Shown here piece after piece: positions 40,274 through 51,746 of a DNA stretch of 64,000 nucleotides (its first letter is position 1; the number at the start of each line of letters is the position of its first letter). A program made the translations under genes and the position numbers. The notes below the pieces were generated by a model. It did not search any database, was not told the origin of the DNA, and worked only from the letters and a program-made list of their open reading frames with translations. Source of the stretch: Candidatus Kapaibacterium sp. (lineage in GTDB: Bacteria; Bacteroidota; Ignavibacteria; Kapaibacteriales; UBA2268); the NCBI GenBank assembly GCA_963665665.1, contig OY762428.1, positions 5,312,001 through 5,376,000 of the forward strand, written 5' to 3'.

Positions 40274-40409
40274 AATCATCTCCAATTATACATTCTCAAA
40301 ATTAACAATATTATTGTATTAAAAATATCCAATTTTTGAAAAGAACTGTAACTATACAATTGATTGATGTGTAATACTACTAAATTCATTTTTCATTAGG
40401 GGAATTATA

Positions 40410-43190
40410 ATGAAACTCTGCTTTACACTTTTACTTATCTTTTCTATATCAATCAGCAACGCTGAATCAATTGAATTGAACGAAACTCCTCCCGACAAAA
40501 GGCAGGATTTCGAGCTTATGAAACTTGCTAATCCTGAGACCGGGCAGATTCCAGAAGGAATCAGAATGAAAGAAATGGAGTTTGCCAGGAACCTGGAACT
40601 TCGTAATAAAGGACATAAATTCAGGAACGAATCCATTCTTAATAACCAGTGGGTAAGTGCCGGACCAGCCAATGTCGGCGGGCGAACAAGGGCTGTGGGC
40701 ATTGATGTTCGATATAACGGTAGTTCAAATAAAGTCATTCTTGCCGGAGGAGTTTCAGGAGGGATGTACAAATCTGTTGACGGTGGACAGTCGTGGGTAA
40801 TGACAACCGATAAGATGTATTGTCCCTCGGTAAGCTGCATTGCTCAGGATACACGTCAGGGCAAGGAAAACAACTGGTATATCGGCAGCGGAGAATTTAT
40901 TGGCAATTCCGCTTCATCTCGGGAGCACCGGTTTACCGGATATTACAATGGCACGGGAGTATATCATTCCAGTGACAATGGTTCCAGCTGGCGGTTATGC
41001 AGTGCATTTGATAATTTTCAGCAGGGAAAATTCAGAAGCAAATCTTATATATGGAATATTGCCCTTGACTTCACTGATTCTGATAATCCGATTATTTATA
41101 TTGCCTGCTATGGCGGTATATTCAGGTCAACCGACAACGGGGACAGCTTTGATTTGGTTCTTGGCGAGGAAATGGACGGACAGCAATATGGTTATTCAAT
41201 GGTAAGCGATATTCTTTTCTGCGAAGACGGAGCCAAATACGCCTACCTTAGCGTTCTGGATGAATATTCCTATTATGGACAGACAACTCAAAACCAGACA
41301 CACGGACTTTTCAGATCAGAAGATGGCATCAACTGGACGGATATTACGCCATCTCATCAATTTGGAGGCGCTCACAGAAGGATTGTATTTGCTGAAGGCA
41401 ACCCTGAAAACAATGAAATATTTCTGCTTGGCAGTACTCCCGGATTCGGGAAAAAATTTCATTATTCTTCTTCAATACGTGATTATCATTGCCTGTTGAA
41501 ATATGAATATATTTCCGGAGACGGAAGTGGCGACGGCGGCCAGTGGACTGATTATTCAAGCTATCTACCCTTCGAATATACTTCACAGGGCTCTTATAAT
41601 ATGGTAATAGCTCTGAATCCGGTGAACTACGATAATATATACATTGGCGGTAGAAACCTTTATATGGGAAAACTCTCAAATATTATGAACGGGTTTTTCC
41701 AGGTCGGTGGCTATTATTCTTATGATATTTATAATAATTGTAATATTGAGCCGGAAGAGTGGGAAAACCATGCCGACCAGCATACAATTGATTTTTTCCC
41801 GAATAACCCTGAGCAAATTCTTGTCGGAACGGACGGAGGATTGTTCAAAGCGCCAAATTCCTTTAGCGTGTGTATGGATTGGGAAACCCTGAATAACAAT
41901 TACCTTACAACACAGTTCTATACCGTGGCTGTTGATGAGCAGCACAGCAACAATAATATGCTTATGGGAGGTTTGCAGGATAATAACACACTGGCAACAT
42001 TTGATGATACAGGTGATTGGTATGCAATTAACAGCGGAGACGGTTCATATTGTTCGTTTGGTAAAGAGTCAAAATACATGTTCGTCTCATCACAATATGC
42101 AATTTTATCCAGAATAATTTATGATCCGGACGATCAATCTTATGTCCACAGAATATTTAATGAAAATGGTGATATAGACAACTTTTCATTTGTAACTCCG
42201 TTCGTTCTTGATCCAGAAACTAAAGAAAATCTTTTTATTATATCGCGCACAAGGCTTTACAGGCTGACAAATCTTTACGATGCGAACGGTAATATTTCTT
42301 ATGAAATAATCAACTACCTTGATAATTCGGAATATTTTAACCAGGGATTAACGGTATCAAAAAAAACAGGTACATTATGGGCCGGTGGATATAAAACTGT
42401 TGGTTCTACTTATAGGCCGTTTTTGTTGAGAATTAAAAATCCAACAACATCTTCAATGATTTCAGATAAATTCCAGCCTGAAAATTTTCCTGAGAAAGGA
42501 TATATCGAATGCATTGCCGTCGATCCTGAAAATGACGATGAAATTTTCGTTGTCTTCTCCAACTACGGTATACCAAGTTTATTCTATTCACAAGACGGCG
42601 GAAACAATTTCACTGATATTGGCGGCAACCTGGAAGAAAACCCCGACGGAAGCGGAAACGGCCCATCAATAAGATGGATAGAACCCGTTTATGTAAACAA
42701 CAATCCGAACCCAATTTACTTATTAGGTACAAGTATCGGCCTGTACGCAACAGAAAAAATCGAAGGATCGGACACGAATTGGGCTCAAATTGCAAAAGAA
42801 AGTATAGGAAATGTTGTTGTTCCTATGATAAGGGTAAGGCAGTCCGATGGCTACTGCGCAGTAGCAACACATGGGCGCGGGGTATTCAAAACATTTATCG
42901 AGCCGAACAAAGTTGAAGGAAAAACATCATCTATGGCAGGAATAGGCAATTTTATCCCGAATCCGGCCAAAGCTAAATCATCGATATTTATCAGCGGATT
43001 TGAAGGAAAGTGTTTTGAAATAAAAATTTATGATATAGCAGGAAGGGTAATTAAAGATTATGGCAGTATAACTATCCACTCAGGATACCAGGAATTCCAG
43101 GCTGATATTGAAGGTCTTGGCTGCGGAGAGTATTATGTGCACTTTTCAAATGAATTCAAATCATTTACACGAAAATTGATTATTGAATAA
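40410..43190 (+). CDS. T9SS-secreted BNR/VPS10-like beta-propeller protein
   Basis: GPANVGGRTRA, repeated SxDGGxxW Asp-boxes, HADQH, GGLQDN, ATHGRG and a CTD starting PNPA. Confidence 0.88.
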   Translation: MKLCFTLLLIFSISISNAESIELNETPPDKRQDFELMKLANPETGQIPEGIRMKEMEFARNLELRNKGHKFRNESILNNQWVSAGPANVGGRTRAVGIDVRYNGSSNKVILAGGVSGGMYKSVDGGQSWVMTTDKMYCPSVSCIAQDTRQGKENNWYIGSGEFIGNSASSREHRFTGYYNGTGVYHSSDNGSSWRLCSAFDNFQQGKFRSKSYIWNIALDFTDSDNPIIYIACYGGIFRSTDNGDSFDLVLGEEMDGQQYGYSMVSDILFCEDGAKYAYLSVLDEYSYYGQTTQNQTHGLFRSEDGINWTDITPSHQFGGAHRRIVFAEGNPENNEIFLLGSTPGFGKKFHYSSSIRDYHCLLKYEYISGDGSGDGGQWTDYSSYLPFEYTSQGSYNMVIALNPVNYDNIYIGGRNLYMGKLSNIMNGFFQVGGYYSYDIYNNCNIEPEEWENHADQHTIDFFPNNPEQILVGTDGGLFKAPNSFSVCMDWETLNNNYLTTQFYTVAVDEQHSNNNMLMGGLQDNNTLATFDDTGDWYAINSGDGSYCSFGKESKYMFVSSQYAILSRIIYDPDDQSYVHRIFNENGDIDNFSFVTPFVLDPETKENLFIISRTRLYRLTNLYDANGNISYEIINYLDNSEYFNQGLTVSKKTGTLWAGGYKTVGSTYRPFLLRIKNPTTSSMISDKFQPENFPEKGYIECIAVDPENDDEIFVVFSNYGIPSLFYSQDGGNNFTDIGGNLEENPDGSGNGPSIRWIEPVYVNNNPNPIYLLGTSIGLYATEKIEGSDTNWAQIAKESIGNVVVPMIRVRQSDGYCAVATHGRGVFKTFIEPNKVEGKTSSMAGIGNFIPNPAKAKSSIFISGFEGKCFEIKIYDIAGRVIKDYGSITIHSGYQEFQADIEGLGCGEYYVHFSNEFKSFTRKLIIE

Positions 43191-43288
43191 ATATTTTATT
43201 CCTTTCATAACTTTCAACTGCTTTTCAGGATGTCATACATGGCGCATCCAAGAGCAACCACATTTCCAAGCCGTCGGCAACTGTCCCT

Positions 43289-43323
43289 CATCCCCCTCCT
43301 TCATAAGTGAAGGAGGGGGATTA
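43289..43323. repeat. REP-like palindrome
   Basis: ATCCCCCTCCTTCA-TAAG-TGAAGGAGGGGGAT. Confidence 0.7.
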
Positions 43324-43525
43324 AATCAATAGTTTATTTAATTCTTATCCCATACTTATAAAGGATACTGCAAGCCTTGAGCATAGTGGATTTAAGGGGT
43401 GGCCCGGGAATGATATTAGATGCCGGATAAATAAAGCCTCCCCGTCGGAAGTAGTCTGTTCTTATCTTCCTTCCCGGGTTGGAATAAAAACAGGGATTCA
43501 AAAGAAAAATAGTAATTACAAATAC

Positions 43526-43560
43526 AAAATCCGGCCTTTAAGATAAAAACCGGATTTGTT
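43526..43560 (-). terminator. Terminator hairpin after MCP1
   Basis: AAATCCGG...CCGGATTT; nearly the same as the hairpin after MCP2. Confidence 0.65.
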
Positions 43561-43583
43561 TAAAAAATCAATTATTACAATTA

Positions 43584-46500
43584 TCAATACTTACCGAAAT
43601 CATCATCGTCCAGGTTGATGATTTCATCAGGATATTCTTCTATTTCATCGTTATCAAGTGGTTCGGGTAAGCTCCTTGTTGGCCTGCCTGAACCAATATA
43701 ACGGGAACTTTCAATTTGTCCGGAATCAGACAAATAGTCACTTGTCTTTAGCCTGAATTTAGATATCATACCCTTCAGGTTATTGGCCTGGCCTGAAAGT
43801 TCCTCGCTTGCAGACGCACTTTGCTCGGCGCTGGCAGTATTTGTCTGCGTTACTTTGTCTATCTGCGTAAGGCCTTCGTTTATCTGGCTGATTGCCTGGG
43901 CCTGTTCGTTAGATAGTGTTGCTATTTCGCCAACAATATCTGCTGATTTTACCGAGGAATTTGATATTTCCTTCAGCACTTCCGATGTCCTGCTTGCAAG
44001 CATAGAGCCGTTCTCTACAACTTTTATGCTTCCTTCGATAAGTTCGGCAGTTTCTTTAGCTGCGGTTGCACTTCGGGCCGCAAGGTTGCGGACTTCCTCG
44101 GCAACTACGGCAAAACCTTTACCGTGGCGGCCTGCCCGGGCTGCTTCAACTGCGGCATTCAATGCCAGAAGGTTTGTCTGGAAAGCTATTTCGTCAATTA
44201 CTTTGATAATCTTGGAGATATTCATACTGGATTCGGATATTTCGCTCATGGCTTTGTTCAGGTTATCCATTTCGGAATTGCCTTTTTCGGCAGAATCACG
44301 AGATTCTTCAGTCAGTGTTTTGGCTACATTGGCATTTTCGGCATTCAGCCTTGTCTGGCCTCCTATCTCGGACATAGAGCTTGTAATTTCCTCGAGGCTG
44401 GCTGCCTGCTCGGTAGCTCCCTGCGAAAGCGAAGTGCTGGCGTCTGATACCTGGACTGCCCCTCGGTTTACTTCTTCGACAGTGGACATAACCTGGGAAA
44501 GAATTTCATTCATTGAAGATATTGTTGCATTCAGGGCTTCCTGAAGACGCTTGCTGTCACCTTTGAACGAACCATCCATCTCGTGTGTAAGATCACCCTT
44601 TGCAATAGCTTCCAGAGTAGCAATTGCCTGCCTGAACGGCATAAGGCGGATTGTTTCATTAATCGAATTCTTCAGAATTGCATGGTCGCCCTTGAAGTCA
44701 CCTTCCATTTCAACTGACAGATTACCTTCGGCCATTTCTTTAAGAACATCCACTGCTTCTTCAACAGGATCAAGAATCAGGTCAAGTGTCTGGTTCAATC
44801 CGGCAGCCATATCCCGGAAAGATCCTTTGAAACCTGTTATAACAGCTCTGACTTTCAGGTCGCCTTCTTCTGCTGCTTTTATCAAACCTGATATTTCAGA
44901 ATTAACATTTACAAGGTTATTTCTTAATTCGTCAACCATTTCATTAGCGATTTTACGTTTTCCTTCAAGTTGCTCAAGCCTGCCTGAAAAATCGCCCTCG
45001 GAGTATAATTTCAAAACATTCAGAATTTTATTAATAACTCCGTTTATTTCATTTACAGTTTCATTAAAACCATTTGCCATTTCGTGATAGGCACCGGTGA
45101 ACCTTTCGGTATTAATATTATAATCAATATCCCCCTTGCCCTGCATCACAGACATAGTATTCATTTCTTTAATAAAATTATTCAGAGTATCTATCAATAA
45201 ATTTATATTATTTTTAATTTCGTTGAAATCACCTTTGTATTCATCTTCAATTCTGGGCGGAATATCGCCTTTGCTGATAAGGTCGACATACTCGGCTGTT
45301 ACATTTAGTGGTGTAATAATATTGTCCAGTGTTGAATTAATTCCGTCAACCAGGGTTTTAAATGCACCATTGTATTCATCTGAACTACCCCTGATATCAA
45401 GCTTTCCTTTATCCATAGCTTCAATCAGTTCGTCTGTTGTTCCTATCAGATTCCTAAGAGTTTGAACAACGATCGTAAATGATTCTGCCAATTTTCCGAT
45501 CTCATCGTTTGATTTAATATCGATATTAACATCCAGGTTACCCTCTTTTATCTTACCGGCAACCTCGGTTAATTGCCTGACAGGATTGGCAATTTTATTA
45601 CTTATAATGTAGGCAATAAATATCATTATACTCATCAGTATCAGGCCGATAATCACGGAAGCAATTATCATTGTATCAATAGCATCCAGAAAAGCATCCT
45701 GAGTTTGCATAAAGTCTTCTTCATAAGCGCTTGCTCCGATTATCCAGCCCCATGGTTCAAAATAAGTAAGGGCAGCAATTTTATTTTTTGGGTCTTCATT
45801 TTCGGAATTTCTCCAGGAATAGGTTTGGAAATGTATTTCGCCGGGCTTAAGTTCAATTGATTTCTTAATCATTTCCTGAATGAATAATTCATCATTTGCA
45901 TCTTTTTCCTCCCAAACGTCTGCACCGTCTCTTTTTCCCTGGTAGGAAACAATATATTTTCCTTTTTCATTTCCTTCAGCACCAAGAACAAATACATAAC
46001 CGGATTTTCCGACTTTAGTATTTATAATTCCTTCCCGAAGATCGGTAACATACTCCATCTTCTTGCCAAAATACAAAGCACCAATTACTTTACCTGCGGC
46101 GTTCTTGATAGGTTCATATATTGTTATATACCATGCGTTCACAACGTATGCTTTGCCCCTGAAAGTATTTCCGGATAATAAAGTCTGGACAACTTTATTG
46201 GGAGTACCATCTGGATTATTAGCAGGAATATAGGTTCCTATAGCACGGTCTCCGTCTGATTTTTTTACATTAGTGGCCACACGAAGCATATCTCCGGCAT
46301 CGTTCATTCTCTGGAAAATTGTACAGGTCGATCCAACCAGATCATAGGTTTTATCAACAACGGGAGTACGGATGCCAAATGATTTATTTTTACCAAGCCA
46401 TGTAGATCCGAGCATCATTTTTTGCAAATTGACAGGAGTTGATTGCTTTGTAAACTGGTTAACAGCATCCCACCCGACGGTTTCATTTGCTATATACGGA

Positions 46501-46766
46501 TTACCTGTGCTTAGCATCACATCCCTGGCCACATTAAGATTTTTCTCAACATCTTTTTCGATCATCGAGTTGGCTGTTTTCACCATATTGTAAACATTAA
46601 GAGAAATCTGGCCAACATTATCTTCTTTTATTTTATGTAATTCATTTAAAGTAGTCTCGCTTGTGGTTGATTTTGAAATCAAAGAGACAACTATTACTGC
46701 AAAAATGGGCAGTACAGCAGCAAGAACTGCATTACCCATGATCTTCTGTTTCACGTTGAAGTTCAT
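43584..46766 (-). CDS. Methyl-accepting chemotaxis protein (Cache_3/Cache_2 sensor, multiple HAMP)
   Basis: Two TMs, MLRVATNV...RAIGTYI Cache domain, [20 protein letters not shown] signalling tip, C-terminal DDFGKY. Confidence 0.95.
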   Translation of the reverse strand: MNFNVKQKIMGNAVLAAVLPIFAVIVVSLISKSTTSETTLNELHKIKEDNVGQISLNVYNMVKTANSMIEKDVEKNLNVARDVMLSTGNPYIANETVGWDAVNQFTKQSTPVNLQKMMLGSTWLGKNKSFGIRTPVVDKTYDLVGSTCTIFQRMNDAGDMLRVATNVKKSDGDRAIGTYIPANNPDGTPNKVVQTLLSGNTFRGKAYVVNAWYITIYEPIKNAAGKVIGALYFGKKMEYVTDLREGIINTKVGKSGYVFVLGAEGNEKGKYIVSYQGKRDGADVWEEKDANDELFIQEMIKKSIELKPGEIHFQTYSWRNSENEDPKNKIAALTYFEPWGWIIGASAYEEDFMQTQDAFLDAIDTMIIASVIIGLILMSIMIFIAYIISNKIANPVRQLTEVAGKIKEGNLDVNIDIKSNDEIGKLAESFTIVVQTLRNLIGTTDELIEAMDKGKLDIRGSSDEYNGAFKTLVDGINSTLDNIITPLNVTAEYVDLISKGDIPPRIEDEYKGDFNEIKNNINLLIDTLNNFIKEMNTMSVMQGKGDIDYNINTERFTGAYHEMANGFNETVNEINGVINKILNVLKLYSEGDFSGRLEQLEGKRKIANEMVDELRNNLVNVNSEISGLIKAAEEGDLKVRAVITGFKGSFRDMAAGLNQTLDLILDPVEEAVDVLKEMAEGNLSVEMEGDFKGDHAILKNSINETIRLMPFRQAIATLEAIAKGDLTHEMDGSFKGDSKRLQEALNATISSMNEILSQVMSTVEEVNRGAVQVSDASTSLSQGATEQAASLEEITSSMSEIGGQTRLNAENANVAKTLTEESRDSAEKGNSEMDNLNKAMSEISESSMNISKIIKVIDEIAFQTNLLALNAAVEAARAGRHGKGFAVVAEEVRNLAARSATAAKETAELIEGSIKVVENGSMLASRTSEVLKEISNSSVKSADIVGEIATLSNEQAQAISQINEGLTQIDKVTQTNTASAEQSASASEELSGQANNLKGMISKFRLKTSDYLSDSGQIESSRYIGSGRPTRSLPEPLDNDEIEEYPDEIINLDDDDFGKY

Positions 46767-46809
46767 TTGTCATTCCCTATAAATATTATTTCATTCTATC
46801 AGACAGTAA

Positions 46810-47325
46810 CTATTCTTCGCTTAAACTTGACAAATCGTCCATTTCGTTTTCGGAGAATATTTTGTTTAAATTTAAAATAATTTTGATTGAATCGGCTGCT
46901 TTTCCAATTCCCTGGATATACTTATTTTTATGTCCGAAATTTGATTTTGGAGGGGGAGAAATATTTTCATTTTCGATATTCAGGACTTCGGACACAGTAT
47001 CAACAATCAACCCGAAAAGAACATCCTGAACGTTAACAACTATAATACAGGTTCTGTCCTCGTATTCCTTTTCTTCAACCTTGAACCTGAGCCTGACATC
47101 AATAACAGGTATTACCTGGCCTCTTAAATTAATTACTCCTTTAATAAAGTTGGGCATTTCCGGCAATTGTGTAATTTTCTGAATACCGATTATTTCCGTA
47201 ACATATCTGATCTCTACGGCATAATCTTCATCCGCAATCCTGAAGGTAAGATATTTATCCTTCATTGCATCTTCTTCTACATCAATCATTTCATTTACAT
47301 CATAAAAATCGTCTTTCATTTCCAT
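46810..47325 (-). CDS. cheW: Chemotaxis coupling protein CheW
   Basis: KYLTF, KGVINLRGQVIPVID and GLIVDTVSEV motifs. Confidence 0.95.
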   Translation of the reverse strand: MEMKDDFYDVNEMIDVEEDAMKDKYLTFRIADEDYAVEIRYVTEIIGIQKITQLPEMPNFIKGVINLRGQVIPVIDVRLRFKVEEKEYEDRTCIIVVNVQDVLFGLIVDTVSEVLNIENENISPPPKSNFGHKNKYIQGIGKAADSIKIILNLNKIFSENEMDDLSSLSEE

Positions 47326-47465
47326 AGGTGCTCCGTTTGATGTTCATAATTGATAAATTTCCTAAAGTTTATATCTTTATCCAGTCATAATATAATCTTT
47401 ATTAGTATCATTTCAAATAATTTAATAATTTTTCCACAGAAAAGAAAATATATAATTATAAAAAA

Positions 47466-47498
47466 CAAATCCGGTTTTTTTAAATAAAAAACCGGATC
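47466..47498 (-). terminator. Terminator hairpin after MCP2
   Basis: ATCCGGTTTTT...AAAAACCGGAT followed by TTGTTTTT on the minus strand. Confidence 0.7.
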
Positions 47499-47524
47499 TA
47501 TTAACTAACACATTAAATAAATTA

Positions 47525-50500
47525 TCAATATTTACCAAAATCATCATCATCCAGATTAATTACATCATCAGGACTTGTTTCGATTTCATCATCGAATGAT
47601 TCAGGAAGACGCTTATTATCTCTACCGGAATTGATCATTGCGCCACCTTCGTAGGATTGTCCCGAAAGGCTGTAATTCCCGGCTTTTAATGAAAATTTCG
47701 ATATCATACCTTTCAGGTTATTCGCCTGCCCGGAAAGTTCCTCGCTGGCCGACGCACTTTGCTCGGCACTTGCCGTATTGGTCTGAGTTACTTTATCAAT
47801 CTGAGTAAGGCCTTCATTAATCTGAGCAATGGCCTGTGCCTGTTCATTCGAAAGATTAGCAATCTCGCCAACAATATCAGCAGACTTAATTGAAGAATTG
47901 GTAATTTCCTTAAGAACCTCAGATGTCCTGTTAGCAAGCATGGATCCATTTTCAACAACCTTGATACTACCTTCTATAAGTTCTGCTGTTTCCTTTGCGG
48001 CAGTAGCGCTTCTTGCTGCCAGGTTGCGAACTTCCTCGGCAACAACAGCAAAACCTTTACCATGGCGTCCAGCACGTGCGGCTTCAACAGCAGCATTCAG
48101 TGCAAGAAGATTCGTCTGGAATGCTATTTCATCAATAACTTTAATAATCTTTGAAATATTCATACTCGATTCTGATATCTCGCTCATAGCCTTGTTCAGG
48201 TTTTCCATCTCGGCATTACCTTTTTCCGAAGAATCACGGGATTCATCTGTCAGAGTTTTTGCAAGGCTGGCATTTTCAGCATTATGTCTTGTCTGGGAAC
48301 CTATTTCAGACATAGAACTTGTTATTTCTTCAAGAGAAGCAGCCTGTTCAGTTGCACCCTGCGACAGAGAAGTACTGGCATCGGAAACCTGAATTGCTCC
48401 GCGGTTGACTTCATCAACAGTAGCCATTACCTGGGATAATATTTCGTTCATAGAACTGATCGTCTCATTCAGTGCATTCTGAAGGCGCTGGCTGTCTCCT
48501 TTGAAATCACCATCCATATCACGTGTAAGGTCTCCGTCGGCAATTGATTCAAGTGTAGCGATAGCCTGCCTGAAAGGCATTAGCCTGATTGTTTCGTTAA
48601 TTGAATCCTTCAGCAGGTTATGATCGCCATTATAATCACCTTTCATCTCGACGGAAAGGTTACCTGCAGCCATCTGCTGGAGTGTTTTTACAGCTTCATT
48701 AATGGGATCGAGAATAAGGTCTAATGTTTTATTCAAGCCGTTAACCATATCTGCATAAGCCCCCATGAAGCCTTCAGCATCCGCCCTTACACTTAGATGT
48801 CCCTGTTCTGATGAATCAATTAATTTATTGATCTCGCCATTAACATTAATAAGATTATTTCTGATTAAATCCATTTTTTCATTAGCAACAGCTCTTTTAC
48901 CTTCCATCTTTTCAAGAACAATATCAAAATTGCCCTCGGCATAAGATGTAATGACATCCAAAATTTTAAGAATAGCCTGGTTAATTTCATTAACAGTATT
49001 ATTAAATCCTTCTGTCATTTGCTTATAAACGCCTGAAAAATTATTTGCGTCAATATTAAAATCAATTTCCCCGGCAGCCTGATTTTTCGCCATATCATCC
49101 ATTCCGCCGACAAAGTTATTCAAAGAATCGATTAGCAGATTCAGATTATTTTTAATTTCAATAAAGTCGCCTTTATAGTCATCTGTAATTTTTGGAGGCA
49201 TATCACCTTTACTAATCCGGTCAACGTATTCAGCAGTTACATTCAAAGGCTTAATTATATTGTCCATAGTTTGATTGAAACCGTCCACAAGAGTCTTGAA
49301 CGCTCCCTGATAATTATCAGATTTGCCCCTGACATCGAGTTTACCTTCTGCAGCGGCTTCAATCAGGGTATCCGTAGTTCCTATCAGGTTGTTAAGGGTT
49401 TCGATAACAACAGAGAAGGCCGCGGCAAGCTGCCCTATCTCATCTTTGGATTTCACGTCAATCGAAACATTCAGGTTTCCATCTTTGATCTTGTTAGCGG
49501 CTTCTGTCAGTTCTTTAACCGGATTGGCAATTCTTGAACTAATGATCAAAGCTACAACGATCATACCTATCATCAGAATAACACCAAAAACAACAGACCA
49601 GAGTATTGTAGAATTAATTGCGCCAAGAAGAACATCGCGGGTAGCGTAAAAATCATCCTCGTAAGCACCGGCACCAATAACCCATCCCCATGGTTCGAAA
49701 TATTTAATACCAACAATTTTCGTTCTAGCTTCGGTTTCTCCTTCATTTCTCCAGGGATAAATATCATAAGCAATTTCATCCGGTTTCAGATCGATTGCCT
49801 TATTAATGATATCCTGAATAAACAGCCTTCCACTATCATCTTTTGTTTCCCAAATTAACTTACCGTCACTTTCCCCGTTCTTGGAGATAATATATTTACC
49901 TTTCTCATCGCCTCTTGAACCCAGGATATATACATAACCTGTTTTACCAACGAGAGTTTTCATTATAGCCTGCCTAAGGCTTTTGGCAGATTCCATTTTC
50001 TTGGCAATTGCAATAGCTCCGATAACTTTTCCGGAAGCATCCTTCAGGGGTTCGTATTTTGCAATATACCAGTCATCAACAACCCAGGCTTTGCCAGTAT
50101 ACGATTCGCCGTTCAACAACCTTGAAACAACTGCATTCGGAGTACCATCTGAGTTTATTGAAGGAATATAGGTGCCCAGTGCCCTTTGCCCGTTGGTACT
50201 TACACTTGTAGCAACCCTTATCATATCGCCGGCGTCGTTCATTTTCTGGAAAACGGAAGCAACCCCGTTGTGTAATTCCGGTATTTTATCAACGATGGGT
50301 ACTCTCTGATCGGCAGAAGTGATTTTTCCAAGCCATGTGGAACCGACCATCATTTTGGGTAATGAAACAGTCTTTGTTTGTTTTGTTTCTGAATTTACAG
50401 CATCCCACTGAACATATTCATTAGTAGCAAGATTGGGTGTGCCATATCTTTTCATAATGTCGAAACAGGAATTGAAAGTATAGCCAATTTCCTGCATCAG

Positions 50501-50704
50501 CATTTCATTTGATGCTTCTATCATGGAATATACTGCTTCTGTAACCTGCCGGACATTCTGCTCTTTGATATTGTCCAATTCTTCCAAAGTATCGTCACTT
50601 GCACTGCCTCTTTGTATCAGTGAAACAACTACTACCGCGATAATCGGTAGCAGAGCCGCTAATACAGCCGTTCCTAAAATCTTTTGCTTTACGTTCAAAT
50701 TCAT
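47525..50704 (-). CDS. Methyl-accepting chemotaxis protein, paralogue of 43584-46766
   Basis: Same architecture with a nearly identical signalling domain. Confidence 0.95.
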   Translation of the reverse strand: MNLNVKQKILGTAVLAALLPIIAVVVVSLIQRGSASDDTLEELDNIKEQNVRQVTEAVYSMIEASNEMLMQEIGYTFNSCFDIMKRYGTPNLATNEYVQWDAVNSETKQTKTVSLPKMMVGSTWLGKITSADQRVPIVDKIPELHNGVASVFQKMNDAGDMIRVATSVSTNGQRALGTYIPSINSDGTPNAVVSRLLNGESYTGKAWVVDDWYIAKYEPLKDASGKVIGAIAIAKKMESAKSLRQAIMKTLVGKTGYVYILGSRGDEKGKYIISKNGESDGKLIWETKDDSGRLFIQDIINKAIDLKPDEIAYDIYPWRNEGETEARTKIVGIKYFEPWGWVIGAGAYEDDFYATRDVLLGAINSTILWSVVFGVILMIGMIVVALIISSRIANPVKELTEAANKIKDGNLNVSIDVKSKDEIGQLAAAFSVVIETLNNLIGTTDTLIEAAAEGKLDVRGKSDNYQGAFKTLVDGFNQTMDNIIKPLNVTAEYVDRISKGDMPPKITDDYKGDFIEIKNNLNLLIDSLNNFVGGMDDMAKNQAAGEIDFNIDANNFSGVYKQMTEGFNNTVNEINQAILKILDVITSYAEGNFDIVLEKMEGKRAVANEKMDLIRNNLINVNGEINKLIDSSEQGHLSVRADAEGFMGAYADMVNGLNKTLDLILDPINEAVKTLQQMAAGNLSVEMKGDYNGDHNLLKDSINETIRLMPFRQAIATLESIADGDLTRDMDGDFKGDSQRLQNALNETISSMNEILSQVMATVDEVNRGAIQVSDASTSLSQGATEQAASLEEITSSMSEIGSQTRHNAENASLAKTLTDESRDSSEKGNAEMENLNKAMSEISESSMNISKIIKVIDEIAFQTNLLALNAAVEAARAGRHGKGFAVVAEEVRNLAARSATAAKETAELIEGSIKVVENGSMLANRTSEVLKEITNSSIKSADIVGEIANLSNEQAQAIAQINEGLTQIDKVTQTNTASAEQSASASEELSGQANNLKGMISKFSLKAGNYSLSGQSYEGGAMINSGRDNKRLPESFDDEIETSPDDVINLDDDDFGKY

Positions 50705-51015
50705 ATAGCCCCCTGGTTATTGAATTGTTAATGATGAAATAAACATATTTTTTGATGTGAGAATTTTTATTATGTCCTGATTTTAGTTTGTATCATACTT
50801 AACATTAATAGATGGTATTTAAATAAATATATTGCATAGATTAAAATATTAAAAAAGAATAATCAATACCTTTTTAATAATATAAATCAAAATGTAACTA
50901 ATTGCAAGAAATATAAAAAAATATTTTCAGGTTTTTAAAAATATTTTTTTTTACCTGAATATTTATTATGCTGTATTGTATTGAAAACGCAAGGAATTGA
51001 CAACAAGATTGACTT

Positions 51016-51066
51016 TTTATACTAATTAGTATAAATACGAACAAAATTTATACTAATTAGTATAAA
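51016..51066. promoter_or_regulatory. Two identical perfect 20-bp palindromes (operators) overlapping promoter-like elements
   Basis: TTTATACTAATTAGTATAAA at 51016-51035 and 51047-51066; TTGACA at 50997 and TTGACT at 51009. Confidence 0.85.
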
Positions 51067-51119
51067 TCTAACTCAAATTTGAAACAATTGAATTAATTTT
51101 TGGGATAGGAACAGATATT

Positions 51120-51743
51120 ATGTTAACATTCGGAGACAGGCTAAATAAATTTATTCAGCAAAATTTCGGCTCAAATATTCGTTTTGCAGAAATTGTCGGT
51201 GTAAAATTTACATCTGTTAGCAGGTATATATACAATAAATCAATGCCCGGCGGAGAAATGCTTTCAAAATTCTACGAATCGGGGTTATCCATAGACTGGT
51301 TAATTAGTGGTAACGGGTCAATGTATTCAATAAACAGCGAAGGAAGAAAATTAAAAATGAAGTATCAGGAATCTAAAGAAATCCCGACAACTCCCTTTGG
51401 CAGATTAAAATACTGGATAAATGATAATTATAGAAGTCTCGAGAATTACTGCATGATATTAAATATTGATGCTGATATTTTAACCAATATCCTGTATGAC
51501 GACATGATACCTGATTCAGGATTAATTACAACAATAAGAAAATCCGGCTGTAACATCCAATGGCTTGTCAGCGGTTCAGGAGACGAATATGAGAATAATC
51601 CTGCCGGGGTTCTGCTTAAAATGAAAAAACATGAAAATTATGACGAGGAAAAAACAAACGAGGAAAAACAAAAATTATTAAATAAATTGGAAGTATCAAA
51701 AAAGGACGATTTAAAATTTCTAATGAAACTGGTTGTTGACTAA
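51120..51743 (+). CDS. Transcriptional regulator with two tandem XRE/CI-like HTH domains
   Basis: FGDRL...SIDWLISGNG and PFGRL...NIQWLVSGSG repeats. Confidence 0.8.
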   Translation: MLTFGDRLNKFIQQNFGSNIRFAEIVGVKFTSVSRYIYNKSMPGGEMLSKFYESGLSIDWLISGNGSMYSINSEGRKLKMKYQESKEIPTTPFGRLKYWINDNYRSLENYCMILNIDADILTNILYDDMIPDSGLITTIRKSGCNIQWLVSGSGDEYENNPAGVLLKMKKHENYDEEKTNEEKQKLLNKLEVSKKDDLKFLMKLVVD

Positions 51744-51746
51744 AAA

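Noticed and set aside
43783-44544. 253-aa and similar antisense ORFs over the MCPs, nadB, czcA and other genes
   Set aside because: They are shadow frames opposite well-supported genes.
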